DNA of 63,395 nt, filler included, from Choristocarpus tenellus KU-1152 (lineage: Eukaryota; Protista; Phaeophyceae), in assembly GCA_964200185.2 (NCBI GenBank). It is 12 parts of 12 records of this genome, joined end to end, with 100 filler letters (N's around TTAATTAATTAA, not from the genome) between each part and the next. Parts side by side here need not be neighbours in the genome. Positions count along the whole stretch, not along the records: positions 44,833 to 58,022 come from CAXNAD020001559.1; positions 58,123 to 63,395 come from CAXNAD020011291.1; 10 more parts are not named here. One strand, 5' to 3'. Positions within the stretch are counted from its first letter, which is position 1; each line of letters opens with the position of its first letter. The notes beneath the pieces are model-generated. The model ran no database searches. It had not been told where the DNA came from and worked only from the letters and a program-made list of their open reading frames with translations. Both the position numbers and the translations under genes were made by a program. Shown here piece by piece: positions 49,861-61,530 of the stretch.

Positions 49861-52800
49861 TGTGTAAAAAAGAGCTGTTCGAATAGAATTTTTGCTTTAC
49901 ATGGTATGAATGAATTAATCAGCGGAGTGAGCGCCATCCCTCGAGGTGGGAAGGGTGCTCTACCTAGTTATCTATTGCTCACGTCAGCAGACACATCAGA
50001 ACGTGTCTATGTCAATCGTACTACGTTACTCGTTCGGCCTCACTTGTACTACGTCAGTCATTGCGCGTCAGTTGTAGCTGCGTCAGTCATCCTGCGTCAG
50101 CCATTGACAGTAAACACTAAGAAAACAACCCGTCGAAATTCGAACCTACTACCCTGGGCGAACAGAGACAAGTGATTGACAATTAATCCACTCAGCTAAC
50201 ATCTTTGTTACATAACACTGGTTACCAAACACATCAGAAACCTATACACTACCAGCCTATATTGCACACTCCCCCATGAAAGTGCAGCAAAGTTGCTGAC
50301 AAAAGCTCACCCCCGACGCGAAAGCACGGAATGCACAAAATCAGAAGTAAGGCTCTTGCGCAAAGACTTGGTCTAAATATCTCCCATCTGTTTTGATCTT
50401 GGAACGTATTCTACGTGGAGTGTTGGCGTTGTCCTATCCTGCGAGAAATGTCTTGACTTTGATGGGGTGCTGAGCGCTTTGCATCTTGACCCCCACACCC
50501 AATCTTTCCGCCCGCATTCCCAGTCGTGTTTGCCTCGTTCCCTATCGTTGAAGCCTCCTCTTCGCCTTCATCATCGACGTTCATGTCGTTGTCGTGGTCT
50601 GACTCCCCCAGTATGTCGAGCTCTAGCGCCCCCACCAGTTCCAGCAGTTTGGCTTCAGGTTGGAACTTCACTTGTGCGGAGGTCACCAGCTTACCTTCCT
50701 GCAGGATCCACACGTGCCAGCACAGTGACCTTTTGTCGTGCTCGAAGAGGATTCCCCGCTTCGTGTACACGTGGAACTTGGCGTTGGCGCCGCTCTGTTG
50801 CTTGGTCTGATGCACGAAGCACTCCGTCCCGAACACACGGAGCTACTTGTAGTTGAATGACTTGCGGCTCAGGCACTCGCAGGGTGTCTCGCCGCACAGG
50901 TACTCGTGTGTCATGCCTGTGGTCTTGTATATGGCGTCTGCCACCACGAAGAACCAAAACTCCTTCCCAAGTCCAGCATCGATCAACTGACTGCTCGCCG
51001 CTTGCATCACCTGTTTGATTGCCAGCTCAGCAATCCAGTTGCTCTGGGGCTTGCGTGGGGGGGTCTTGCGTAACATCACGCCCCGCTCTGTTAGCATGCA
51101 CTGGAACCTTCCTTACGCTCCTCCCGAACTTGTCAGCGCCATCCCCACTGATGCACCTAACCACCACCCCACCCCTTCTCGAGCCATTTCGTCGATGTTG
51201 GCGGCGGTGGCCGCGGTAGCGGGGGGTCCTTGATACGCAGACCCATCACGCACTTCTTTCAGCTGGCCTCGTCCAGGAACACCTTAAAGCACTTCATGCC
51301 CATCACATCCGGGTCGAAGGGTTCGTCCAGGAGTGTGTGCCCCACATCCCCCCCCCACTGTCTTGGAACTGCGGCCGCACCGTGCTTAACTGAGTGCCTC
51401 GGATTTGCACTCCTTGCGTACCTGGCAGTGGAGCTCTGCGGCGACTGTAGCATCTGCGATGTCCAGGAGGTCTCGTTTCTCCAGGTGCTTGATCGCGAAT
51501 GGGTTGAGGTTATCAGTTGGAGAGGGAGAGACGCTGCTGCCTATTGGCGTGGCTAGCTAGGATTGACCGTTGCCTGGCCCTTCTTCCCCATGTTCACCTG
51601 AAACTGGGTCCGCAGCATCATCAGGAAGGCTCCCTTTTCCTCCAAATGGATGTTGACTACCTCGTTGTTGGGCTGGATGTAGCTCGTCCTGATCCCTGAG
51701 TCCACAAACTCACCTCCCTAGCGCCGCACGCTGGCTGTGCTGAGAAGCATATCCTGGAGAACAATTGAGGTCGGTGTGCCCGTCTCGTCAGTTGCCTCCA
51801 GAACCATCTTGCCGGTTGCTCGTGCGTCCAGTCTATCTTTGTTTCCAAAGAAAGGTGCAGGTGCGGGTGATAGCTGTTGTTACAGTGAGGTCCTGCAGTA
51901 GGGGGGCAAGGTACATGTTTGCACCCGACTCACAGAGGAGGCAGATGGTCTTGGACAGATTTGAGATGAGGACAGGAGCGTTGCCTCTACCATCCTGTTG
52001 TATACGTCCTCCCCAATCACGTTCATGACCAGGAACGCCCGCGATGAGCTCTAGCGATCAACCTTGCCGTAGCCTCCGCCACCGCTGCTCCGGTCTCTGT
52101 TTGGTGGTGGTGGAAACTTGCACACCGCCCCAAGCCGGTGGGGACGGGCGCTTAGCTGGAGGTTTACCAGTTAAGTGCGATTAGCATTCTTTCCATCTGT
52201 GGTTGAATTTGAGACAGAAAGCACATTGGTTCGAACCGAGACCCCTCTCGGATCTCTGTCTCCCTGTCTGTGTCCCTGCACCTGTGTGAAGCGCCATAGC
52301 CCCCGAGCTCCTAGTCGTTTCCCTCGTGACCGCTGTTGTCATGTATGAAGAGGAGGAGATGATGGCATTTTTGAGTTGGTCGTAGGTAAGGTCTGGAACT
52401 GTGGACAGCTGTGCGTGCACAAACAAACACCTGTGGCATGCTGTCCCCCCTGATGCCGAATAATCAGAGTCCCCTCCCCTTCTTGGCGTGGTCCTGCTTG
52501 GCCACCTCCTGCTGCTCGTACTCTTTCCAGACGTGACGAATAACGAAGTCGGCAGCATCCTCCACCGATGAGAAGTACATGTTCTGCAGCTTCATCTCGA
52601 GAACTATGAGCTGCATGGGACGCTGGACCGCGCAGCACGCCCCCCATAGATCTGCTCTAACTCGAGCCAGGCTGCCCTCCCGTCGGGGCTACCGTTGTTT
52701 TCGTGGGTACTGACCACCATCGCTGCAGCCCCCCTCGTGGCCTGGTCCAGCAGGAACAAGGCCCCGCAAGGCTTGACGTACTCCTCGTACGCGCTGCGTT

Positions 52801-53373
52801 CCCCAAACGATGTATCAGGCGTAGGAGGTGCAGGGATATGGTATGCTGATTGGAAGATGCGGTACAGTCCCTTACTGCCCGTATAACTAACTCACCAGCG
52901 CTATCCACCATTCTGCCCACTTCTCCCTTCTATGCACACTCGCGCCACTCCATAGTTGCAGCTTACATGGGTCCGCTTCAATATCTGTGAGGCTCATAAC
53001 CTGTGCAAAAGAGCTGTTCGAATAGTTTTGTTTTATGTGGTATGAATGAATTTATTAGCGGAGTGAGCACCATCTCTCGAGATGGCGGGGTGCTCTTCCT
53101 CGCTATCTATTGCACACGTCAGCAGACACGTGAGAAGGTGTCTATGTTAGTCACACTAAGTCATTTTGCTCAGCGTCAGTCGTAGCTGCGTCAGTCGTCC
53201 TGCGTCAGCTACTTAAATGAACCAGAAATAAAAAATTAAACCATCGGGACTTGAACCTATTACTCTACCATAATGAAACAAGCCGTTAACACTTACTCCA
53301 TTCAGTTATCATTTATGCTACATAATACTAGGTACCAAACACGAACCTATAGACTACCAGCCTATATTGCACA
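49861..53373 (-). mobile_element. Ty1/Copia element with both LTRs and RT deleted (5' LTR 53373-53002, PBS 53001-52989, gag, protease, integrase, RNase H tail, PPT, 3' LTR 50268-49861)
   Basis: PBS GGTTATGAGCCTC. Gag knuckle CAFCLKFNHRWKEC. Integrase TPPRKPQSNWIAE..FWFFVVADA..GETPCE and VFGTECFVH. PPT tgggggag. Flanks do not form a TSD. Confidence 0.9.
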
Positions 53374-55432
53374 TCGAGCACCTGACCAGCAAGCCATTCA
53401 ACCACATGCAAGCGGATCGGTGTGTGGTCTACAGATCCCAGCTGTACGACCTGGAAGGTAGTGAGAAAATGGACATGAATCATTTCGTGTCAACCCTCAT
53501 ACAGCAGAACAACAACGACGTGTACTGCCTTATGGGTCTCATGGGGGAGGTGGCAACAGATGCAGACGAGTCGTCTACAACAAAGGAGGCCTTGAGTGGG
53601 CCGCATGCAGAGCAGTGGCAGGAGGCCATGGAGAAGGAAATGATAAACAGGGCTGTGTCAGAAGGGGACGTTTGGTGACAAGGCCCTGCCCCAAGGGAGG
53701 TAGGCGAGCAAGACGCGATTCGTTTTCAAAAACAAGCGTTCCGCAGACGGGACAGTGGAATGCTATAAGGCGCGACTCGTGGCCCGCGGGTTCACACAAA
53801 ACGCAGGTGTGGACTTCTTCGAAACCTTCAGCCCAGGTGGTGGGGTACGACACACTACGGTGTGTCATATCAGTCGCAGCGTACACAAAGGTTGGAGCAT
53901 CGACGCCTTGGACTTCACACAGGCCTACCTCAACGCAGACCTGCAGGAGGACGTCTGGTTGGAGCTTCCTGACGGCCACATCGTCAAGGCAGAGAAGGCA
54001 ATCTACGGGATGAAACAGTCAGCGATGGAATGGTATCATGAGTCAACACGACGAGTGCCTCTACTTCAGGAAGAGTGAACAAGGACGCATCACCATTCTC
54101 ACCACCTACGTGTACCACAACGCCACCACTGGGGACTTCACGGAGATCCAGAGGATAAGGGTATCGCTGCTGGAGAAGTACGAGGGGCCGGACCTACGCA
54201 CGCCGGACAAGCTGATTGGGGTGGGCATCACTGTGGGTGCGGACGGCATCATCTCGACCAACAGCTATACGCGGAAAGCATTATCATGGCCGGGATGGGC
54301 TCCATGGAAGTTTGGGAAACATCCACACCACTCGACCCCAGCATGGACCACCTTTCTCCCAGGCACGACAACGAGGAGGAATTGAATCCCACCATCTACC
54401 CCTACGCCAGCATCCTTGGCCAACTCATGTTTCTAGCAGGTGTGACTCGCTCGGACCTGGCCAACAGCGTTCGTGAACTGGGGTGCAGGGCGGCGTGGCG
54501 TCTCCATGCATGCGGCGCGGACTGCAACACGTTCTTCGCTACGTAACAGGGACATTGGACGTCTGCATTCACTATGGTCGGGGGACTAAAGGTATGAACG
54601 GAGAGGACGGAGAGCTCTTGGTGGGGTATGGGGATTCCGGCTGGGGCATCGACTCCCAAACACGCAGGAGCGTCACAGGTTACCTACTATTGTTCAAAGG
54701 ATCGCCGATCGCCTGGCGTTCCAAGCTTCAAGGCGCCGCCACCCTCTCCAGCTCGGAGGCAGAGTCGACGCAATGGCATACGGCATGCGCCACTCCATTT
54801 TCCTTCGAGGCATTCTGGGGGAGATCAGCGTACTATAGGACCAAACTCGCTGGTTCTGCGACAACTGTGGTGCTATCCAGGCAGGGCAGCACTACAAGTT
54901 TTAATGGGAGAACCAAGCATGTGGACATGAAGCTGAAGTGCACCAGAGAATACGTGGACCAGGGTCAAAACAACTGGCCGACATTTGGACCAAGTCTTTG
55001 CGCAAGAGCCTTACTTTCGATTTTGTGCATTCCGTGCTTTCGCATCGGTGGTGAGCTTTTGTCAGCAACACGCTCATGGGGGAGTGTGCAGTATAGGCTG
55101 GTAGTCTATGGGTTTGTTATGTGTTTGGTAACCAACAGAATGTAACAGAAATGTTGACTAAATGGATGAATTGTCAATCACCTCTTACCGTACGCTTGGA
55201 GAAACAGGTTCTAATCTCGATGTGTTGAGGTTTTGTTCTTAATATAAGTAGCTCACGCAGGACTACTGACGCATCTACGACTGACGCTGAACGAGTGACA
55301 TATCTGCTGACGTGCGCAATAGATATCGAGACAGAGCACGCCCCCACCTCAATGGATGGTGCTCACTCCGCTAATAAATTCATCAATACCACATCAAGCA
55401 AAATCTCTATTCGAACAGCTCTTTTTTGCACA
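53374..55432 (+). mobile_element. Ty1/Copia 3' half (RT, RNase H, PPT, 3' LTR 55085-55432), frameshifted
   Basis: YKARLVARGFTQ..GVDFFETFSP, LDFTQAYLNA, AIYGMKQS, YASILGQLMFL..TRSDL, RRSVTGY, SSSEAE, TKHVD. Confidence 0.92.
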
Positions 55433-57182
55433 CTAAGCGCCCCCACGGACTTGGGACGGCGTGCGAATTTCCACCACCACCAACCAGGGACCTAAGCAGC
55501 GGTTGCGGAGGCTGCGGCAAGGCTGATCGTCAGGGCTCATCGCAGGCGTTCCTGGCTATGTACAATAGGATGGTCGAGGCAGCTCTCCCGTACTCATCTC
55601 AAGATCTGTCCAAGACCATTAGCCTACTGTGGAACTCGGATGCAAACGTGCAACTTACCCCCCCACTGCAGGACCTCACTGCAGCAACAACTATCACCCG
55701 CATCTGCACCTTTAGAAACAAAGGTAGACTGGACGTACCAGCAACAGGCAAGATGGTCCTGGAGGCAACTGACGAGACGGACACGCCTACCACGATTGTG
55801 TTCCAGGATGTGTTCTGGGTACCGGGTCTGCCATGCAGGCTTCTCAGCACAACCAGCATGCGGCGTAAGGGAGGTGAGTTCGTGGAGTCAGGATTCAGGA
55901 GGAGCTACATCCAGCCCAATAAGAGGGTAGCCAAGTCAATTTGGAGGAGAAGGGAGCCTTCCTGATGCTCTGGGTCCAGTTTCACGTAAAAAAGGGGAAG
56001 AAGGGCCAGGCAACGGTCAATCCTACCTACGCCAATAGGCAGCAGCGTCTCTCCCTCTCCGATTGGCACAACATCATAGGTCACCTCAACCTATTGGCGA
56101 TCAAGCATCTTGAGAAACGAGACCTCCTGGACATCGCAGATGCTACAGTCGCCTCAGAGCTCCACTGCCAGGTATGCAAGAAGTGCAAATCCGAGGCACG
56201 CAGTTACCCAAGGTGCGGCCGCAGTTCCAAGACGGTGGGGGAGGTGGTGTACACAGATCTGGAGGGACCCTTCGACCCGGATGTGATGGGCATGAAGTAC
56301 TTTCAGGTGTGCCTGGACGAGGCCAGCCGGGAGAAGCGTGTGATGGGTCTGCGTACCAAGGACCCCGCTACCGCGGCTACCGGTTCCTACATCGACGAGA
56401 TGGCTCGAGAAGGGGTGGTGTGGTGGTTAGGTGCATCAGTGGGGATGGCGCTGACAAGTTCCGGGAGGAGCGTAAGGAAGGTTCCAGCGCATGCTGACAG
56501 AGCGGGGCGTGATGTTGCGCAAGACCCCCCCACGCAAGCCCCAGAGCAACTGAATTGCTGAGCTGGCAATCAAACAGGTGATGCAAGCGGCGAGCAGTCA
56601 GCTGATCGATGCTGGACTGGGGAAGGAGTTTTGGTTCTTCGTGGTGGCAGACGCCACATACAAGACCACAAGCATGACACACGAGTACCTGTGCGGCGAG
56701 ACACCATGCGAGTGTCTGAGCTGCAAGTCATTCAACTACAAGCGGCTCCGTGTGTTCGGGACGGAGTGCTTCGTGCAGCAACAGCGCCGCGCCAACGCCA
56801 AGTTCCACGCGTACGCGAAGCGGGGGATCCTCTTCGAGCACAATAGGGCGTCACTGTGCTGGCACGTGTGGATCCTGCAGGAAGGTAAGCTGGTGACCTC
56901 CGCACAAGTGAAGTTCCAACCTGAAGTCAAACTGCTGGAACTGGTGGGGGCGCAAGAACTTGACATACTGGGGGAGTCGGGGCACGACGATGCCATGAAT
57001 GTCGATAGTGAAGACGAAGAGAAGGCTTCAACGACAGGGAGGGGAGGCACACACGACTGGGAACGCGGGCGAAAACATTGGGCGTGGGGGTCAAGATGCA
57101 AAGCGCTCAGAACCCAACCAAAGTCAAGACATTTCTCCCAGGATGGGACAACGCCAGCGCATGGATAGGGCAGCGCAGATAG
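55433..57182 (+). mobile_element. Ty1/Copia internal fragment (gag end, protease, GAG-pre-integrase, integrase)
   Basis: DVFWVPGLPCRLLS, WHNIIGHLN..CQVCKKCK, VYTDLEGPF, RLRVFGTECFV. Confidence 0.9.
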
Positions 57183-58022
57183 TGTGCAACTGTTTCTAGA
57201 GGTTTTGTGGTATGAATTAATTTATTGTGGAGTGAGCACCATCCCTCGAGGTGGGAAGGGTGCTCTGCCTCTTTATCTATTACGCATGTCAGTAGACACG
57301 TCAGGACGTGTCTGTGTCAGTCGCACTAGGTCACTCGTTCTGCGTCACTAGTACTACGGAACTCGTTCTGCGTTACTGGTACTATAGTCAGACGTTCTGC
57401 GTTAGTTGTCCTGCGTCAGCCGCTTACATTAAGTAGCAATAAGAAATCAACCCATCAATATTCGAACCTATTAATCTAAATGTGCGGAAACAAGTGATTG
57501 ACCATTAATCCACCCAGTCGACATTTCTGTTATATAATACCGGTTACCAACCATATAAGAACCTATAGACCACCAGCCTATATTGAACACGAGACACTCC
57601 GTCCAGAACACACGGAGCCGCTTGTAGTTGAATGACTTGCAGCTCAGACACTCGCATGGTGTCTCGCCGCACAGGTACTCGTGTGGCATGCTTGTGGTCT
57701 TGTATGTGGCGTCTGCCACCACGAAGAACCAAAACTCCTCCCCAAGTCCAGCATCGATCAGCTGACTGCTCGCCGCTTGCATCACCTGTTTGATTGCCAG
57801 TTCAGCAATTCAGTTGCTCTGGGGCTTGCGTGGGGGGGTCTTGCGCAACATCACGCCCCGCTCTGTCAGCATGCGCTGGAACCTTCCTTACGCTCCTCCC
57901 GAACTTGTCAGCGCCATCCCCACTGATGCACCTAACCACCACACCACCCCTTCTCGAGCCATCTGGTCGATGTAGGAACCGGTAGCCGCGGTAGCGGGGT
58001 CCTTGGTACGCAGACCCATCAC
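57183..58022 (-). mobile_element. LTR (57183-57589) plus an adjoining inverted integrase fragment of the same Copia family
   Basis: LTR homology. 57590-58022 is a near-identical reverse copy of ~56340-56775. Confidence 0.88.
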
Positions 58023-60946
58023 NNNNNNNNNNNNNNNNNNNNNNNNNNNNNNNNNNNNNNNNNNNNTTAATTAATTAANNNNNNNNNNNNNNNNNNNNNN
58101 NNNNNNNNNNNNNNNNNNNNNNACCCCCCCCCCAGATACTTCGACCCAACTGGTTAATTTGGAACTGGAATCTTTGTGTTGGAAACAACTGGCTAATTCA
58201 GAACTGGAGTCCGTCTGTCATCTTATAGCAACCAATACATGTCGCTGCAGCACGATTGAGGTGATAGACGATATCTATTGTCTTAATCCGTGACAATCGC
58301 CTGTGGTAGGCGTGAAATGTATATAACTAGTTCGTGCTGGGGGGCATGTTACATGCGAATAGCGCAAGTATTTGTTCTTGCGTTCTAACCAGTGCGAGCA
58401 GTAAACGCGCGAGTGGAGCCCCAAGAAGGGGATATCCAATTTTCTAGGAGTTGCAGAGTAAGATCTGCAACTTAGAATAAAACGGTTTTCAGATGTATTA
58501 TGGCGTCTGTAAACTCGAAATGAATCAGTGATTGATAATACTTACGTCATCACTCTTGATTCATATCGTAACATTCCCATTGATAAAGAGTATACCTTCT
58601 TCCGCCTTACATTCACCTGACATTCACCATCCTTGTTGGACCTTTTGACTCTCGGAGTATCTCAGGAGTCCTGTACAGGCATCAGCGCCATCTATAGGTT
58701 TGTGGACTGGAGTTATACATCCCATGGAGGTGATCTTTAAAGCATGTTGTAACAGTACTCCTACAACCATAATAGGCTACTGCCGACCTTCTACGGTCGG
58801 GAAGGGGTGCTGCAGGCTTCTCACACGCACAGAACTGTGTTATGGGTAACAGGGGTGTTTGCGCTTGGGGTAAAACGAGGAGAGGAAACTCCACCAGTGA
58901 GTAGTCCCTGTGCTTCAGTAGTTCCATCCATGAGGAAAGGAACAGTGGCGTGTACGTGGGTGAACCCAAGGGGACTATTACCAAAGACAAAGAGTAGAAG
59001 GAGAAGATTCGCCAAAGAAGCAGCCATCCAGTAGGACAAGGAGAGAAGGAGGAGGGGTGGTCTGTACCATGTGGGTTCTATGCTAGCCTGTGCAACAACA
59101 AATGACCTACCTAGTGGTACTCGTGTAGCTGTGGGGTCCTGTGAATAGTTTCAGTCTTCACAAAGCGTCTTCAGGGAATTCCAGAGACGGATGAAGGTAT
59201 CACAGGCCAATATCTTGCCGCAGACCATACAAAACAAAATACAATCAATCTCTAGGCCAACCACCATCCTCACAATAATATCCAGTAAAATGAAAAATTA
59301 CTATGCGCAAGACTATGTACTGACCCCTCTAAAAACTCGCTGTAGTTATAGTAATTTTGTGTCTGGGTTTGTTGGGTAAGTGGGTTTTGTCGAGCCCTAA
59401 ATCACACTATGAAGCGCCCCATGATATCTTGCAATAAGCACAACCACATGTAACCATTCTAACCATAATTTCCCTCGCAGTGCACTGAGGGGTATTTATC
59501 AACCTTTAACCGACCATTGTTGTATTGTTAGGTTCAGATTAATAAGTATTTTTCTAGGGGAGTACTGCTTGCATTAACGACAAATGTTATTTTTTCACCA
59601 ATCCTTGTAGTATTGGTTTGGTTTTTCCATGACAAATTACAATTTGCCACACTGAATAGCAACATATAGAATATATACCTGCAAGTATCTCTATTCCTCA
59701 AATTAGTTGGAGGTCCCAAACCCATGACCAAACAGAAAACAATACAGTACTTCAGCAAATACAAAATGCAATAGAAATTACAATACTTCTAAATATGGAA
59801 AAAGACAAGGAGAAGAAGAAAGAGAAAGAGTCAAGGTACATTCAACAGTGATGGCCCCCTCTGACATTTTGTGTGTGTGTTGAAGAACGTCCGAAGGTAT
59901 TCAAAAGGACTCCTACAATAGAAAAAATTATATATATTGTGCCCTCTCACATTTTATAGTTATGTCAAGGAAAAAGTAAAACCAACATCACAAGGACCCC
60001 CGTAAAGGTAACAGTTGTGGAAAATGTGAAAGATACCTCACAAAGTGTATTTACTATTTGAATACCAGCTATACTACCACACTCCCTTAGAGGTTGTGGG
60101 TAACTGCTTCGAAGTACTTCCTCCATTCGGAATAAAAGGTAACATAACTTTGGCAAGGTCCATTCTCGCCCGGGAACAACCCACGTTTTAAATCCTGTGG
60201 AAGAGGCTTAATTCTCATATAGATTGGGAGACATGCAACGTTTAAGATGATGGACTGTAACGACTGTGGAGGATCACCAGTGCAAATTCGATCAACCCGC
60301 ATTAGACAGGGTTTAAAACCTCGCAAACCTGTCAAAGCGGATGTTTTTTGGGGTGCCTAGGACAAGCCCCCCTGTCATTCGAGCAGCTCACTCATCCAGG
60401 TCTGGCCCATCGGTCCCAATTTTTCGACCCAGAAGTCTGTCCGAGTGTCCAGACTGAAAGACCCCGACGAAGAGCAGTGTAGTGGCGCGATATCTGGAGG
60501 CAAAAGGGTGCAAGAGTCAGGTGCCTTGGGGATGGTGGCAACAATTGTGGAGGACTTCAGAATTTTCCAAGCATCATGTTCTGTCATCTGAAGGAGTATG
60601 ACAGCCACATCGCACGGGGTGAATGCATGGACCTTGTACGACGTCACAAGGGGCAATATGGCCACTGTACAAGTATCCTTGGCGTTTAGAATGTCCCATC
60701 ATCCTTCTGCAAATAACCGGTCAAAGCTTGCAGTCTCCCTTGCCTCGTTGTGGGATCTGAGCAAGCGCAAGAAGGTGAAGAAGGTCAAGTGGTGGATTAA
60801 GTCAATCTTCTCAGATGAGTAGAAAGTAAACAGGGTGGGTTTCATCAATAGCCACATGTGCAGGAAGGGGGGAAGTGGGATATTAGTGGATGATCTGCTG
60901 AGTATGTGATTGGGTGCATGTGGACTGAGAAGTGGTTCTACATCCT

Positions 60947-61193
60947 GAGTGAAAGTATCTTAGAGGGTACGAGTTTTGCCCTGTTCGTACTATTGGGGCT
61001 TGACTTCCCATGGGTTATTTTATGACCTTTTACCTACTCCATCAAAATGTTTACCTTACGAAGATGTTTCTCTGGAACAAGGATATGTACTGACACTTCC
61101 TAACAAACACGATAGCCAAATTTCATCAAAATCGCAACATTGGATTTTGGCCCCCAAATGGACGCAGGTCTACCCTCTAAGATACTTTGACGT
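60947..61193. mobile_element. ~250-bp MITE, TSD TCCT
   Basis: TIRs present, tcct on both flanks. Confidence 0.9.
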
Positions 61194-61272
61194 TCCTCAG
61201 AGATGGGCAAGGAGGGTACCTGCACCCCACTGAGGACCCCCCCAATCCCCCACGGGCACAGAATAAGCATTA

Positions 61273-61530
61273 GAGCCAAAGTATCTTAGAGGGTAGATCC
61301 GCGTTCATTTGGGGGCCACAATCGAATGTTGCGATTTTGATGTAGTTTTGGCTATCGTGTTTGTTAGGAAGTGTCAATATCCTTGTTCCGGACACACTGT
61401 TTCATAAAATATACATTTTACCTACTCGAAGTATATTGGAGTAGGAAAATGTCATTACAAAAAGCTTGGGAAGCCAAGCCCCAAATGGACAAACAGGGGA
61501 AAACTCGTACCCTCTAAGATACTTTCATTC
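61273..61530. mobile_element. ~260-bp MITE, TSD ATTA
   Basis: TIRs present, atta on both flanks. Excision restores the transposase frame QNKHYITKVMF. Confidence 0.92.

Noticed and set aside
50120-50205. Intact tRNA gene in the LTR
   Set aside because: A and B boxes are present but the T-stem, acceptor stem and anticodon arm do not pair. Reported only as a Pol III-like module.
57290-57420. Short regularly recurring units as a possible CRISPR array
   Set aside because: Units are short, degenerate, lack unique spacers and lie within Copia LTRs. No cas genes are present.
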